The notes: generated by a model from the sequence alone, not told the origin. Counted from the first letter of the stretch, positions 10,382 to 20,954 are shown. The stretch: 64,000 nt of DNA from Candidatus Asgardarchaeum abyssi (GCA_040225955.1 JBECUL010000004.1:1-64000); one strand, 5' to 3'. Numbers and translations: made by a program.

Positions 10382-11478
10382 AACATTTCTCTCCCAGTAG
10401 TTTCTAAAAATTCTATTCCAAGCGCTTTTGCAATCTCCAACATTTCTTTTCTCGTTATTTTGACATCACGATGAGCCCTTGTTAGGAGATAGGGATAACC
10501 GTTTACAATGTATGGCTCTAAATCATTAAGTATTTCTTTTATGTAATCTTCATCACAATCTTCATTAACAATTTCAAACTTCAAAACAGTTGAATTTTTC
10601 GAAAATCGAACATAGAAAAATGAAATGCTAATATTTCGGAAAAGACTCTCAAGAATCGGAAATGCAATTTTATATTTTTTACTAACGATATCAACCACCT
10701 TAATTGGTTTAAAAGAAAAGCCAGCTGCTCTATTATATCTTTCGAAGATTGCCATATCGGGGATTGCCCTGCCAAAGTAATGATTGCCTGAAGACCTTTT
10801 TGATACAGCAATTATTTTACTTTCGCTTTTAAGTAGTTTTGAAAGAGTTAATAAATTTTCTAAGTATTCTAGATATACCATTGCAGCTGTTATTTTTTCA
10901 ATATCCTCATTGCCTATTATATCTATTACATCATCATAAAGTGTTTTTGCGTAAACGCATGAAAATTCTTCAGAGTTTAATGAGTTCTCGATTTTCGTGA
11001 AGAATATATCTCTGAGTTTGTTTTTTATTGTAACGTTCGGTCTATGAGCATAGGCAGCAGGTCTAATGATATCACCCATTATTGATCCATCTAAAAGAAC
11101 ATAATCAAAATTTTTCTTTTCAGAAAGAAGTTTCAAAACTACTTTCTTTTCCAATATTGACATATAGAAGCGTACCCTATCTCTTATGAACTTATATGGG
11201 ATCAGTACGTCAACATCATAATTCGTCACTATTTTTAGGTTATTACCATCAAAAGCTACAGCTTCCGCGGCTACAGCATATATTAGATATTTCTTATACT
11301 CAATATAATTAAAGCTACCATCCTCTGCAACAATGGGCTTTCTTATCTCACCCTTGGGTGTATATTCTCTCCAAAAATCTTGAGGTGCCACTTCGGATAA
11401 CGTTCCTTCCATGTTTTTAAGTTTCTCTAAAAGGTAATTCTTTCTCTCTACAACATATTCTATAAGCTTCTCAAACAT
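10378..11478 (-). CDS. nurA: DSB repair nuclease NurA
   Basis: AEDGS, LLDGS, SKRS, GYPYLLTRAH motifs; overlaps the herA start by 4 nt. Confidence 0.93.
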   Translation of the reverse strand: MFEKLIEYVVERKNYLLEKLKNMEGTLSEVAPQDFWREYTPKGEIRKPIVAEDGSFNYIEYKKYLIYAVAAEAVAFDGNNLKIVTNYDVDVLIPYKFIRDRVRFYMSILEKKVVLKLLSEKKNFDYVLLDGSIMGDIIRPAAYAHRPNVTIKNKLRDIFFTKIENSLNSEEFSCVYAKTLYDDVIDIIGNEDIEKITAAMVYLEYLENLLTLSKLLKSESKIIAVSKRSSGNHYFGRAIPDMAIFERYNRAAGFSFKPIKVVDIVSKKYKIAFPILESLFRNISISFFYVRFSKNSTVLKFEIVNEDCDEDYIKEILNDLEPYIVNGYPYLLTRAHRDVKITRKEMLEIAKALGIEFLETTGREML

Positions 11479-11609
11479 AGATGCCCCTCAATAACGCCTT
11501 ATTTAAACATAAATTAATTATAATGTATCAACTTACTGTAATTTAATCACCAACTCAAAAATATTTAAATTGTTATTTCATATAGCATTAGTAGTTAAGT
11601 GGTGATAGT

Positions 11610-13070
11610 ATGAGCGCTAAAAATGAGGGGCCTCCATCGCTTCATGACATCGAGATCGGAGAGAAAATAGAAATTGGGAAATTCCGGATGGATCGAGAGT
11701 ATGTCGAGTATATTGCTGAACAAGCGCTCAGTGAGAATAAATGGGTAATAATGGTTGTTGTTGGGACTAAACCAGATTTTTATAAGCAATACTCGTTACT
11801 TTACTGGGCACAAGAGCTAGATGTCCCCGTAATTCTTGCAACAACAGGACAACATTATGATGAACTTCTTGGATACGGCTTAAAGGAATTCCGAATGTAT
11901 CCCTCTATTGATTTATGTATAAGAGGAGATTTGCTACGTAAAGCAACAGAGATGTTTTACCGCATAGGTCAGCTAGGTAAATGGCTAAAAAAGAAATATC
12001 CGAAACTTGTTGTCCTACCAATACCTCATGGTGATACTCTTAGTGCAGCTATTGTTTCAGCATCATGGTTTCTTTCAACAAGACAAGGAGTTGGGCAAAA
12101 TGAAGCAGGGCTTCGTGGAATGGCACCTAAATCGTGGAGGAATAACGAAGTATACCATAAAATGAAAAATGTAACTATTGATTTTTCAAAATTCATCGAA
12201 GATCAGTGGTATGGAGAATGGTTTGTTCTTCGAAACGAGCCTTATCCAGAACAATGGGATACATTTGTTAGTGGTGCAGGATCAGCTTATTTATTTGCAC
12301 CCCACGAGATAAATAAGAAACACCTTTTAAATGAAGGATATCAAGAAGAAAGTATCCAAGTTGTAGGTAATTCTGTAGTCGATGCTATAAAGCTTGTTCC
12401 AAAACCAGAAAAATCAATTTTCGATATTTATCCCAAACTTGAGGAATATGATAATTGGATTCGTGTTGATATTCACAGACGAGGAAATTTGGTAGAGTCA
12501 CGATTTAAATCAATTGTAGAAGGGATTATTTCCCTTGTTAAAAAGGGACAACCAGTTGTTTGGGTTGAGCTTGTTGCAACAAGAGAAGCTCTGGAATTTT
12601 ATGGTTTAAGAGATAAGATAATACGACTGTCAGAGGAATATGAAAACTTCTTATTTACACCATTATGGGCAAGTTACGGTAATGTAATAGAATTTTGGAA
12701 GAGTGGACATTGTATTGCCGAATTAACAGATAGCGGAAGCGTGCAAGAGGAGTTAAATGATATTTCAGAGGTCTTATGCTTAACTATCCGTTGTAATACT
12801 GATAGACCAGAGAGTGTATTTGATGCTAATTCTAATTTATTGGTACCACCAGTTTCTGGTGAATTTATTTCAAAATTTGTTAATTTTGTTTTGAATTCAG
12901 ATGACATTATTAACCATATGAGAAATGCCAAAAAAATATATGGAGTAGACGTAGGAAAGAAAATAATTTCGTTCTTGCTGAAGGAGATGGAGCGTGGCGA
13001 GTATCCGTTTAAATGGGTACATCAACAACTTTGGGATATACCACCAGAGAAGAGTCCAGAGTATCTATGA
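11610..13070 (+). CDS. UDP-N-acetylglucosamine 2-epimerase family protein (divergent)
   Basis: GTKPD..K, TGQHYD, HGDT, EAGLR, VGNSVVDA, HRR, TDSGSVQEE, TDRPE. Confidence 0.85.
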   Translation: MSAKNEGPPSLHDIEIGEKIEIGKFRMDREYVEYIAEQALSENKWVIMVVVGTKPDFYKQYSLLYWAQELDVPVILATTGQHYDELLGYGLKEFRMYPSIDLCIRGDLLRKATEMFYRIGQLGKWLKKKYPKLVVLPIPHGDTLSAAIVSASWFLSTRQGVGQNEAGLRGMAPKSWRNNEVYHKMKNVTIDFSKFIEDQWYGEWFVLRNEPYPEQWDTFVSGAGSAYLFAPHEINKKHLLNEGYQEESIQVVGNSVVDAIKLVPKPEKSIFDIYPKLEEYDNWIRVDIHRRGNLVESRFKSIVEGIISLVKKGQPVVWVELVATREALEFYGLRDKIIRLSEEYENFLFTPLWASYGNVIEFWKSGHCIAELTDSGSVQEELNDISEVLCLTIRCNTDRPESVFDANSNLLVPPVSGEFISKFVNFVLNSDDIINHMRNAKKIYGVDVGKKIISFLLKEMERGEYPFKWVHQQLWDIPPEKSPEYL

Positions 13071-13163
13071 CAATCATTGTGAATCATACAATTTTTGAAA
13101 CTTTAATATTAGAAATTTGAGTTATTTCTTTTTCTTTTATGTGAAAAATTTTTTAAGTATAGT

Positions 13164-14204
13164 ATGTTGTTAGAAGAACGAAAAGCAACAGAGGTGGCTT
13201 ATTTGTCTAATAAACCTACCATTGCAATTGTTGGTGGTTCTGGGTATATAGGTTCGTGGACCGCTTATAAAATGTTAGAATCTTACAATGTCCGTGTTAT
13301 TGACATTAAAGACCCTCCTGAAAGAATAAAAGACCATGTAGAGTTTATGAAAACAGATGTTCGAGAATATGAGGCCTTAAAAAAGGCTTTAGATGGAGTT
13401 GATGTTGTAATTTATACCGCAATTATTCAGATACCTCAGATAAATGAACAAAAACAATTAGCATATGAGGTAAATATTTTAGGCCTACAGAATGCATGCA
13501 GAATAGTTGATGAGTCAGATACCACTAAAGCACTTATATTATCTGGCTCATGGCATGTCTTTGGAGAACATGGAATAGAAGGTGTCATAAGGGAAGATTT
13601 TGGCCTTCGCCCAGATAAAGTAGAACCGCGTGCAAGGCTTTATGCAATTAATAAAATAGGTCAGGAAACGATTGTTAGGATATATGATGAAATGTCGGAG
13701 AAAATATTCGGCATAATTAGAATGGGCACTGTACTTGGTGAAGGAATGCCCAAGAAAACAGCTGCTAACATATTCATAGAAAGGGGTATTAGAGGTGAGA
13801 CGCTAACACCTTATAAGCATAGTATGTATAGACCAATGTTATATGTTGACGTTCTTGATATCGCAAAAGCCTTCAAAGCTTTTGTTGATAGAGTGTTCTC
13901 TGGGGATATAAAAAAGGACAATAAAGGAAGTCTTAGTCATATTGTAAATGTTGTCTGGCACGAACCAATAACAATATATGACCTAGCAGTCATAATTAAG
14001 AGTTTGATTGAAAAACACACCAACGGTAAAATATCTCCAGAGATCGAGATTGTTGACACTGGACAACCAATGGTGTATAATGAGAACGACAAAAAGAAGC
14101 TTAGAGTGGATACCACAAAGGTTAAGGAGTTACTTGGAATTGAAAAATTAGCAAGCCCGGAGGAGGTATTAGAAAGATTAATACTAGCTAGGTTAAAAAA
14201 GTAG
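13164..14204 (+). CDS. NAD-dependent sugar epimerase/dehydratase (extended SDR)
   Basis: GGSGYIG Rossmann motif and YAINK (YxxxK). True start may be the TTG at about 13203, after GAGGTG. Confidence 0.88.
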   Translation: MLLEERKATEVAYLSNKPTIAIVGGSGYIGSWTAYKMLESYNVRVIDIKDPPERIKDHVEFMKTDVREYEALKKALDGVDVVIYTAIIQIPQINEQKQLAYEVNILGLQNACRIVDESDTTKALILSGSWHVFGEHGIEGVIREDFGLRPDKVEPRARLYAINKIGQETIVRIYDEMSEKIFGIIRMGTVLGEGMPKKTAANIFIERGIRGETLTPYKHSMYRPMLYVDVLDIAKAFKAFVDRVFSGDIKKDNKGSLSHIVNVVWHEPITIYDLAVIIKSLIEKHTNGKISPEIEIVDTGQPMVYNENDKKKLRVDTTKVKELLGIEKLASPEEVLERLILARLKK

Positions 14205-14251
14205 TTACGTGATTTCTTTTTATTACTATCTTTATTATTATCGCTCTTTAG

Positions 14252-15442
14252 GTGTTCTTAATGGATAACTTCTCGGGTTTAAGAAAGAAAAACATGCTCA
14301 TCATGAATCAAATGAGAATACATAGCACTTATAAGATTCCAGGAAAAGGGTATTCCGAAGCTTTAGCTTTATCAACGATTTTTAATAAAGTAGTTTTTGT
14401 ATGTTTTACGGAAAAGGAGCACATGTTATCTAGGAAAATAAGAGAAAATTTTTTGCTTTTTGCTACACCTCTTAGGATATTTGGTAGTGTTTTTCAAACG
14501 GTTAAAAGCCTATTTCTCAACTATCTATTTCTTACGATTTTTTTAACTAAATTGGTCTTTAAATATAAAATTCATCTGATTCGTGTCGAAAATGTAATCT
14601 TGGCAGGCTTACCAGTATACCTAACCAGCAAGATTACGAAAACTCCTTATGGTGTATGGCTTGGAGGGTTTGAGAGGAAAGCGCTAGAGGTAAAATATGG
14701 AAAGAGTATGTTGATAAAAATGTTGACCTATTTTTTAGTACTTCTTGAATTTATTGTGTTAAGGGGAGCAAAATTTGTTTTTTGTGTGTCTCCTGAATTG
14801 AAGGATCTTGCTCAAGAAAGAGGAGCAAAAAATGTAATTTCAAGCCCCAATTTTGTAGATTTTTCAAAATTTAAGCCACTAACACCTCCTTTAACTGAGG
14901 AAAAAAACATAAAATTCCTCTATGTTGGAAGGCTTGAAGAAGAGAAGGGAATAAAAGTTCTTATGGAGGCTACTAAATTTCTATTAGAAAAGACTACTGA
15001 TTTTAAATTATTTATTGTTGGCCAAGGGACTCTTATGGGGTATATTAGGGATTTTGTAGCGAAAAATAAATTGGAAGGGTATGTTGAAATACTAGGTTCC
15101 TTTGGACATGATGATATGCCTAAAATTTATAATATGTCAGATGTCTTTATTTTGCCGTCTTATACAGAGGGTGCTCCGGCAGCTATGCTAGAGGCGATGG
15201 CTTGTGGAAGAGCCATAATCGCTACTAAAGTGGGAATGGTACCTAAGATACTCTTTCATGGAAAAGATGGAATTCTTATAAATCCAGGAAGTCCTAAAGA
15301 GTTAGCAGATGCTATGTATTACTTCATAATAAACAAAGATAAAATATCTCAGTTTGGAGAGAATGCATATAAAAGAGCTCTAGAAATTTCGAAGAATTAT
15401 TTATCATTACATGCGTCAGTTTACTCGAGATTTTTAAAATAA
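14252..15442 (+). CDS. Glycosyltransferase family 4
   Basis: YVGRLEEEKG, FILPSYTEG..AMLEAMACG. Confidence 0.92.
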   Translation: MFLMDNFSGLRKKNMLIMNQMRIHSTYKIPGKGYSEALALSTIFNKVVFVCFTEKEHMLSRKIRENFLLFATPLRIFGSVFQTVKSLFLNYLFLTIFLTKLVFKYKIHLIRVENVILAGLPVYLTSKITKTPYGVWLGGFERKALEVKYGKSMLIKMLTYFLVLLEFIVLRGAKFVFCVSPELKDLAQERGAKNVISSPNFVDFSKFKPLTPPLTEEKNIKFLYVGRLEEEKGIKVLMEATKFLLEKTTDFKLFIVGQGTLMGYIRDFVAKNKLEGYVEILGSFGHDDMPKIYNMSDVFILPSYTEGAPAAMLEAMACGRAIIATKVGMVPKILFHGKDGILINPGSPKELADAMYYFIINKDKISQFGENAYKRALEISKNYLSLHASVYSRFLK

Positions 15443-15513
15443 TATTTAATTATCAGACATCATACTACAAATGTAATATATAGGAGTAACTAAGTGGCTA
15501 TGAGGTAATTGTA

Positions 15514-17025
15514 TTGCCGCATTTACTAAAAATAAATAGACCACAGATGCTTTATCTTTACGCTTTCATGATTGGATTTCTTATTAGGGTTATTCCAGAA
15601 ATTATTGCATATCCGTGGCCAGTAGGGTGGGATACAGTAGGGTACATTGCAAGTACTATCATTACACGAAAAGACTATATTGGAACCCTTTCATCATATA
15701 TTCTACAAAAGAGACTACCGGCGTTTTTCGTATTTTTACAAGTTCTTATAGCGTTAATACCGTGCGATGATTTCCTTTTATGGAAAATCGTTCCATCAAT
15801 TCTTTATGGGTTGCTGGGTATATCTGTGTTGTATTTTTTAAAATCATATTATAATCTCAATTCGACACAATCAATAATAGGGGTGATATTTGTACTTCTT
15901 GCAGTTCCATCTCTTAGAATCTCTTGGGATTTACATAAAAATCTCTTAGCTAACATATTTCTAGTTGCTGGAATGGCAGATTTTGAAAACAAAAACTTTA
16001 GAAAGCGTATAAGATCCTTTATAATGCTCATATTAGCGGTTCTCTCACATCAATTAGTAGCAGCCCAAATATGTTTGATTATGATATTTTATTTCTTTGC
16101 GATTTTTGTTCTTTCTTTTAAAAAGTCAATAAATATGAGCATTATTCATTTGATAGACAAAGTAATTCTATTAGTAATAGCAGGAGCATTTACTTTATTT
16201 TACTCAGGAATTTATCCGCCAGGAGGAGAGGTTACTGTTTCTGCAACAAACCTTCTTTTAAGTCTATCACTTCTTGATAAAATTATGAATGCCATTTCGG
16301 TAGTAAATCTATTTATTGCATTTTTCTTCCTATACATTCCATACTTCTATAAAAGACTTAATTTACTCATGAATATTTGGATTCTTTCATCTCTAGTTCC
16401 TGCATTTTCCCCACTGACACTAGTAGTAGAGATTTCATTTTGGAGCCGCTGGATGTTTCAAGGTGTGTATCCACTCACGCTAACAAGTTGGGCATATCTC
16501 TCTCAATATATTGATACCTACAACAGTAATAATATTATTCAAGCCTTTATGTCTGCGGAAAAAAATGTAAAGAGAGTTTTTCTCATAACTATTATACTAA
16601 GCACAGGTTATCTTGTCTTGACTCCAGATTTTCCTTTACCAATTTATGCAAGCCCATTAACTGTTAAATATGCGCCCTCTTCAATGGTTCAAAATACAAT
16701 GCCGATAGATGAGAATCCCAATATAGTAGATGTCTTCCAATGGGTTATGGAAAATGTTCCTCAAGGTTCGTTAATTCTAACTGCTCATCCATTCTATAAA
16801 TGGGCAATTATACTTCTTGACGGATATAACTACACCATCATAAATGTCAAATTTAATGTGTCATATGCAACAGAAATAGCTAAGAATAATACTAACTCAC
16901 CAACTTATTTAATCGCTACTAGAAGGGGGTGCCAGTTTCATTCTATTGTGATACCAGAAGCCGAATATGAGGAGATATATTCAAAAGGGGATGTTAGTGT
17001 TTATCTTTATAAGGAAAATAAGTAG
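15514..17025 (+). CDS. Polytopic membrane protein, GT-C superfamily-like (AglB/STT3-like architecture)
   Basis: Many hydrophobic helices, GWDTVGY after TM1, RISWDL, soluble C-terminal domain with WVMENVPQGSLIL. TTG start after GAGGT. Confidence 0.55.
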   Translation: MPHLLKINRPQMLYLYAFMIGFLIRVIPEIIAYPWPVGWDTVGYIASTIITRKDYIGTLSSYILQKRLPAFFVFLQVLIALIPCDDFLLWKIVPSILYGLLGISVLYFLKSYYNLNSTQSIIGVIFVLLAVPSLRISWDLHKNLLANIFLVAGMADFENKNFRKRIRSFIMLILAVLSHQLVAAQICLIMIFYFFAIFVLSFKKSINMSIIHLIDKVILLVIAGAFTLFYSGIYPPGGEVTVSATNLLLSLSLLDKIMNAISVVNLFIAFFFLYIPYFYKRLNLLMNIWILSSLVPAFSPLTLVVEISFWSRWMFQGVYPLTLTSWAYLSQYIDTYNSNNIIQAFMSAEKNVKRVFLITIILSTGYLVLTPDFPLPIYASPLTVKYAPSSMVQNTMPIDENPNIVDVFQWVMENVPQGSLILTAHPFYKWAIILLDGYNYTIINVKFNVSYATEIAKNNTNSPTYLIATRRGCQFHSIVIPEAEYEEIYSKGDVSVYLYKENK

Positions 17026-17027
17026 AT

Positions 17028-18656
17028 GTGACAAAAATGTCTTTGGTGAATGAAGCTGAGAGCTATGTCAGAAGAACATATTTTTTCATGGGAGGAAAGA
17101 TTATATCTACTGTAATTTCCATGATAGGAACCATAATAGTTATTCGACTTTTAGATCCCAAAGATTATGGACTTCTTAATGTTGCCTTTATTATACCTTT
17201 TCTTCTTATACTTGCTGCTGAATTAGGGTTAAATAATGCAAGCATACATTACATTGCTAAATATAGAAAGGAAAGAAATTTCTCCGAAATAAAAAACATA
17301 ATTAAACTTAATATATTAACAAAAATAGTACTAAGTATGTTTTTTTCACTTCTTGTATTCTATTTCTCGGACGCTATAGCGTATTTTGTTTTCGATGTAA
17401 AAGATCCCCGCCTTTCACTTTTAATAAAGATAGCATCCGTCGGTATAATAGCCAATACCATTTTTGATGCCGCACTATCAATTTTTATTGGATATGAAAG
17501 AATGGAGTACGTGAGTATGACTTTAATTCTACAATCCACTCTTCGTTCCGTGATATCACCAACTCTTATAATATTAGGATTTGGTGTAATTGGACCTATG
17601 ATTGGCTATGTTTTTGCAGCACTAATGGCAACATTGTTTAATCTATTTATCATCTTCACAAGATTATATCCATATAAGATAAAATCTGCCGAGCCCTTTT
17701 TCTCTACATTTAAGGAGATGATTAAATACGGTTTACCACTTTCTATAGTTTCAATAATTACAGGGCTTAGAACCCAAATCTTTAACTTTATACTTACGAG
17801 AAAAGCAACTCTTGATGAGGTGGGATTTTTCAATATTACAATTGCTCTATCAGCAATAATGTTACTTTTTGTAAGGCCCATATCGTTAACACTTTTTCCA
17901 GCCTTTTCTAGATATAGTTGGGAGAAGAAAGAGGAAAGGATTTTTCTAATTGAATATTTTCATCGTTCAATTAAGTATTCTAGCTTATTCCTAGTTCCAG
18001 TCTCCTTGATGATCACAATATTCTCTAAGGAGATAATATTTTTGGTGTATGGACCCAATTATATAAATGCTTACAAGTTTGTATCTATCTATTTTCTGAC
18101 ATATATTTTAATATCTGTAGGACTTTTAACAATCCCTAATTTTCTCAATGGTCAAGGAAAAACAATTATTGTCTTCTACGGCGAACTTATTCGTCTGCTT
18201 GCTGGAGCTTCTCTTGCGTATCTTTTGGTTATTAGTATAGGAGGAGTAGGTGTTGTTGTAGGTCTGCTAGTAGGCTCAATTGTAGGTCAGATATACTTTA
18301 TTATTTGGGTCTATAGAAAATATGGCAAAGAGCTTCTTGTGAACTTTTATGAATCAATGAAGATAATCCTTACTGCAGGTGTATCATGCTTTATCGCACT
18401 TTATACATATTCCTTAATTTTTGAAGTATTAATTTTTTTGCAACCAGTATTTTCAGTTTTCCTTGGATTATTATTTTCATCTCTAATATATCTTATATCT
18501 TTCTTGATATTAGGAGCTGCTATGTATATTGTTTCCCCTGAGGAATTAATATTCTTAAAGAGCCTCTTTTCAAAGATTAAGCCAGTAGGTGTTATTGCAA
18601 TATTTATTATGGCAATCGAACAAAAGCTTGTAGAAAGAATGCACAAAAAATCATGA
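17028..18656 (+). CDS. Oligosaccharide flippase (Wzx/MOP family)
   Basis: About 14 hydrophobic helices, RLLDPKDYG, ELGLN, KYGLPL, LFPAFS; glycan locus context. Confidence 0.9.
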   Translation: MTKMSLVNEAESYVRRTYFFMGGKIISTVISMIGTIIVIRLLDPKDYGLLNVAFIIPFLLILAAELGLNNASIHYIAKYRKERNFSEIKNIIKLNILTKIVLSMFFSLLVFYFSDAIAYFVFDVKDPRLSLLIKIASVGIIANTIFDAALSIFIGYERMEYVSMTLILQSTLRSVISPTLIILGFGVIGPMIGYVFAALMATLFNLFIIFTRLYPYKIKSAEPFFSTFKEMIKYGLPLSIVSIITGLRTQIFNFILTRKATLDEVGFFNITIALSAIMLLFVRPISLTLFPAFSRYSWEKKEERIFLIEYFHRSIKYSSLFLVPVSLMITIFSKEIIFLVYGPNYINAYKFVSIYFLTYILISVGLLTIPNFLNGQGKTIIVFYGELIRLLAGASLAYLLVISIGGVGVVVGLLVGSIVGQIYFIIWVYRKYGKELLVNFYESMKIILTAGVSCFIALYTYSLIFEVLIFLQPVFSVFLGLLFSSLIYLISFLILGAAMYIVSPEELIFLKSLFSKIKPVGVIAIFIMAIEQKLVERMHKKS

Positions 18657-18663
18657 CATAGCC

Positions 18664-20952
18664 TCACTTTGTTAGAGCCATGAAATCTATAGTGATGCTA
18701 TCAACGTCTGTAAATGTCGGATAGTACACATAAATCATTATTTGAACGCTTGTTACGTTTAATCTTCCAAAATAAAAGGTATCTATTATAAAGCGATTTT
18801 CTGATTTCAAGAATAGAGAAAGTATTTTCTGATTTTCTGAAACTATAACCATCCGAGCTATCGAGTGTGTGAGCTTTGCTTTATATCCAATAACGAGAAA
18901 TCTAAGTGGTATTGACATATTTAATGGAATCTCCAAAAGCGCAAATGCGTCATCTCTTGTACTGTTAATTAATATTTCAGTATATGTTAGGTTAGTGATC
19001 ATTTCAATAATATCGTTTCTGACAACTTGAAAAACTAAAGGGGGATCCTGAAACAAACTAGATGTATTTTTGATTAGCTCTTTCATTAAATAATAATGCT
19101 TGTATCTTCTTGTGAAAAAGTCTTCCAGTAAAGTTATGTTCTTTATCTTGTATATTCCGGGCGATAGTTCTTTTGATAATACTCTTTCAATAGGCCCTAT
19201 CGGATAAGTTTCATTGGTAATAATTATATCACGGGTTTTCCAATCGTCAAATTTTTTTCCAAGAAAATCTTTTTTACCTTCAACAAGGTCTCTTAAAGAT
19301 CCTAGATAAATATTTGACCCTATGATCATTATAGGCCAATAATAAGATGCTTTTAGCATATTATATAAAATAACGACCAATATGCTCTGATTTTCAAATC
19401 CGTACTTCTCTCTAATCCAAGTTAACTGCTCGATAACAGCATCTCTTGGTCTATACGATAATGCGGGATAATAAGCGCGAGATATGGTTTCTCCAAGTAA
19501 GAGTGAAAAAATAAGACTTACAAATAAAAGTGTGAATAGCCTTCTTCTTGAGGGAATTAGTATTTTATACTTTGAGAAGATTTTTATTGCACTCTTCTTA
19601 TGTATATTTTCGTGCAAAAAGTCAAGACCGGCACCTGTGAAGAGAGGAGTAGGATAGAGTAGATAAATTCTATATACTTGCATATATCCTAAAATTATGA
19701 CGAATGACGTAATGTACAGCACCCATAATGTTGACAAGATTCCGAACTTTCTATTTCTTTTTAATAAAGCAATTGTGCCAAATACGCTTAGCAACCATAG
19801 TAGGGGATTTTCGACTGATGGGTGATAAAGCCATCCAGGAGGTAGCGAAAAGAAGTGAAACTCTTTTCCCACGAGATTAAGCAACCAGTATATCGCGTCG
19901 ATATCATAAACTAAGAATAACGTAGAAAGAATGCTCAAAATCAGGAGCAATTTTAAGATATACATTGTACTATAAGTAGCTGTTCGGTGCTTAATATATG
20001 AGTTAATTAATGATAGGATTATTACTAAAAACAAGAAAAGAGCTACTAAAATTGCTGTCCAAAAGTGTGTCAAATAAAGTGTTATGATAATTATAGAGAG
20101 AAATATTGAATCTTTTATGACACTTCGTCTGCTTTCAATCATGAAAATTTTTGAGAAGAAAAGAAGAGCGATAAAAAGGAGGGCATCTGCTATCAATTGC
20201 CCATATAAATCATAGGAGACTCTTATAAACAATAAACTTAGGGGTGCTGTAAGTCCAACATAGAAGGATAATCTAAAATCCTTTGTTGCAAGGTATGATG
20301 ATATGGCAGCCAGAGCTATATACAAGGAACCAAAAATTATCGGTGTTACTAACCCAATTATATCAAAATTATCTCTGAGGAAAAAGTAAATAACATACAT
20401 TATTAACGATGGAAGTGGTTTACTCAATTTTAGAGCACTTAAGATGCCATATTTATCAATATATTCCCCATAATAAACATAAGACGGTGTATCAAAGCCA
20501 ACAATTCCTACAACGTCAAAAAACCTTTGCCAAACAACAAGCAACTCTACAATAAATAAACACACAAATGCTACAAATAGCCTGTAAGCAGATATTTTCC
20601 TTACCTTTTCCTTATAATCTATAAAGAAAGCTTGCGAGAGCTTTGATATATGGTCTACTATTTCACTTGGAATGAATGATGGCTTTCTCTCCAAAATTAT
20701 TTCCAATTCATATATTACGAAAGCAGTTAATAAAATTATAAGGTATGCAAAAAAGAGGGGAATACTGAAGATATTATCAATACGATGCCTTTTCATGAAA
20801 TCAAATAAATAAAATGCTGATTCGAAAAATGGATTATCATAAAATACCCAGAGGGCCGATGATAATCCTATTACTATTGCAATTATCATTAAGACATATA
20901 TTGTGACTTCCAATTTTGTTGCAGTTATTCGCTGTTCAACCATTGGAATCAC
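18664..20952 (-). CDS. Polytopic membrane protein, GT-C superfamily-like, paralog of 15514..17025
   Basis: GFDTPSY and RVSYDL motifs shared with 15514..17025; many TM helices; C-terminal soluble domain with 8 N-x-S/T sequons. Confidence 0.55.
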   Translation of the reverse strand: MIPMVEQRITATKLEVTIYVLMIIAIVIGLSSALWVFYDNPFFESAFYLFDFMKRHRIDNIFSIPLFFAYLIILLTAFVIYELEIILERKPSFIPSEIVDHISKLSQAFFIDYKEKVRKISAYRLFVAFVCLFIVELLVVWQRFFDVVGIVGFDTPSYVYYGEYIDKYGILSALKLSKPLPSLIMYVIYFFLRDNFDIIGLVTPIIFGSLYIALAAISSYLATKDFRLSFYVGLTAPLSLLFIRVSYDLYGQLIADALLFIALLFFSKIFMIESRRSVIKDSIFLSIIIITLYLTHFWTAILVALFLFLVIILSLINSYIKHRTATYSTMYILKLLLILSILSTLFLVYDIDAIYWLLNLVGKEFHFFSLPPGWLYHPSVENPLLWLLSVFGTIALLKRNRKFGILSTLWVLYITSFVIILGYMQVYRIYLLYPTPLFTGAGLDFLHENIHKKSAIKIFSKYKILIPSRRRLFTLLFVSLIFSLLLGETISRAYYPALSYRPRDAVIEQLTWIREKYGFENQSILVVILYNMLKASYYWPIMIIGSNIYLGSLRDLVEGKKDFLGKKFDDWKTRDIIITNETYPIGPIERVLSKELSPGIYKIKNITLLEDFFTRRYKHYYLMKELIKNTSSLFQDPPLVFQVVRNDIIEMITNLTYTEILINSTRDDAFALLEIPLNMSIPLRFLVIGYKAKLTHSIARMVIVSENQKILSLFLKSENRFIIDTFYFGRLNVTSVQIMIYVYYPTFTDVDSITIDFMALTK

Positions 20953-20954
20953 TG

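Noticed and set aside
4967-11478. HerA/SMC-like anti-phage defence system
   Set aside because: The nurA-herA-mre11-rad50 set with a zinc hook is the standard archaeal repair operon
15514-20952. Calling either membrane protein aglB
   Set aside because: No WWDYG motif; only architectural resemblance
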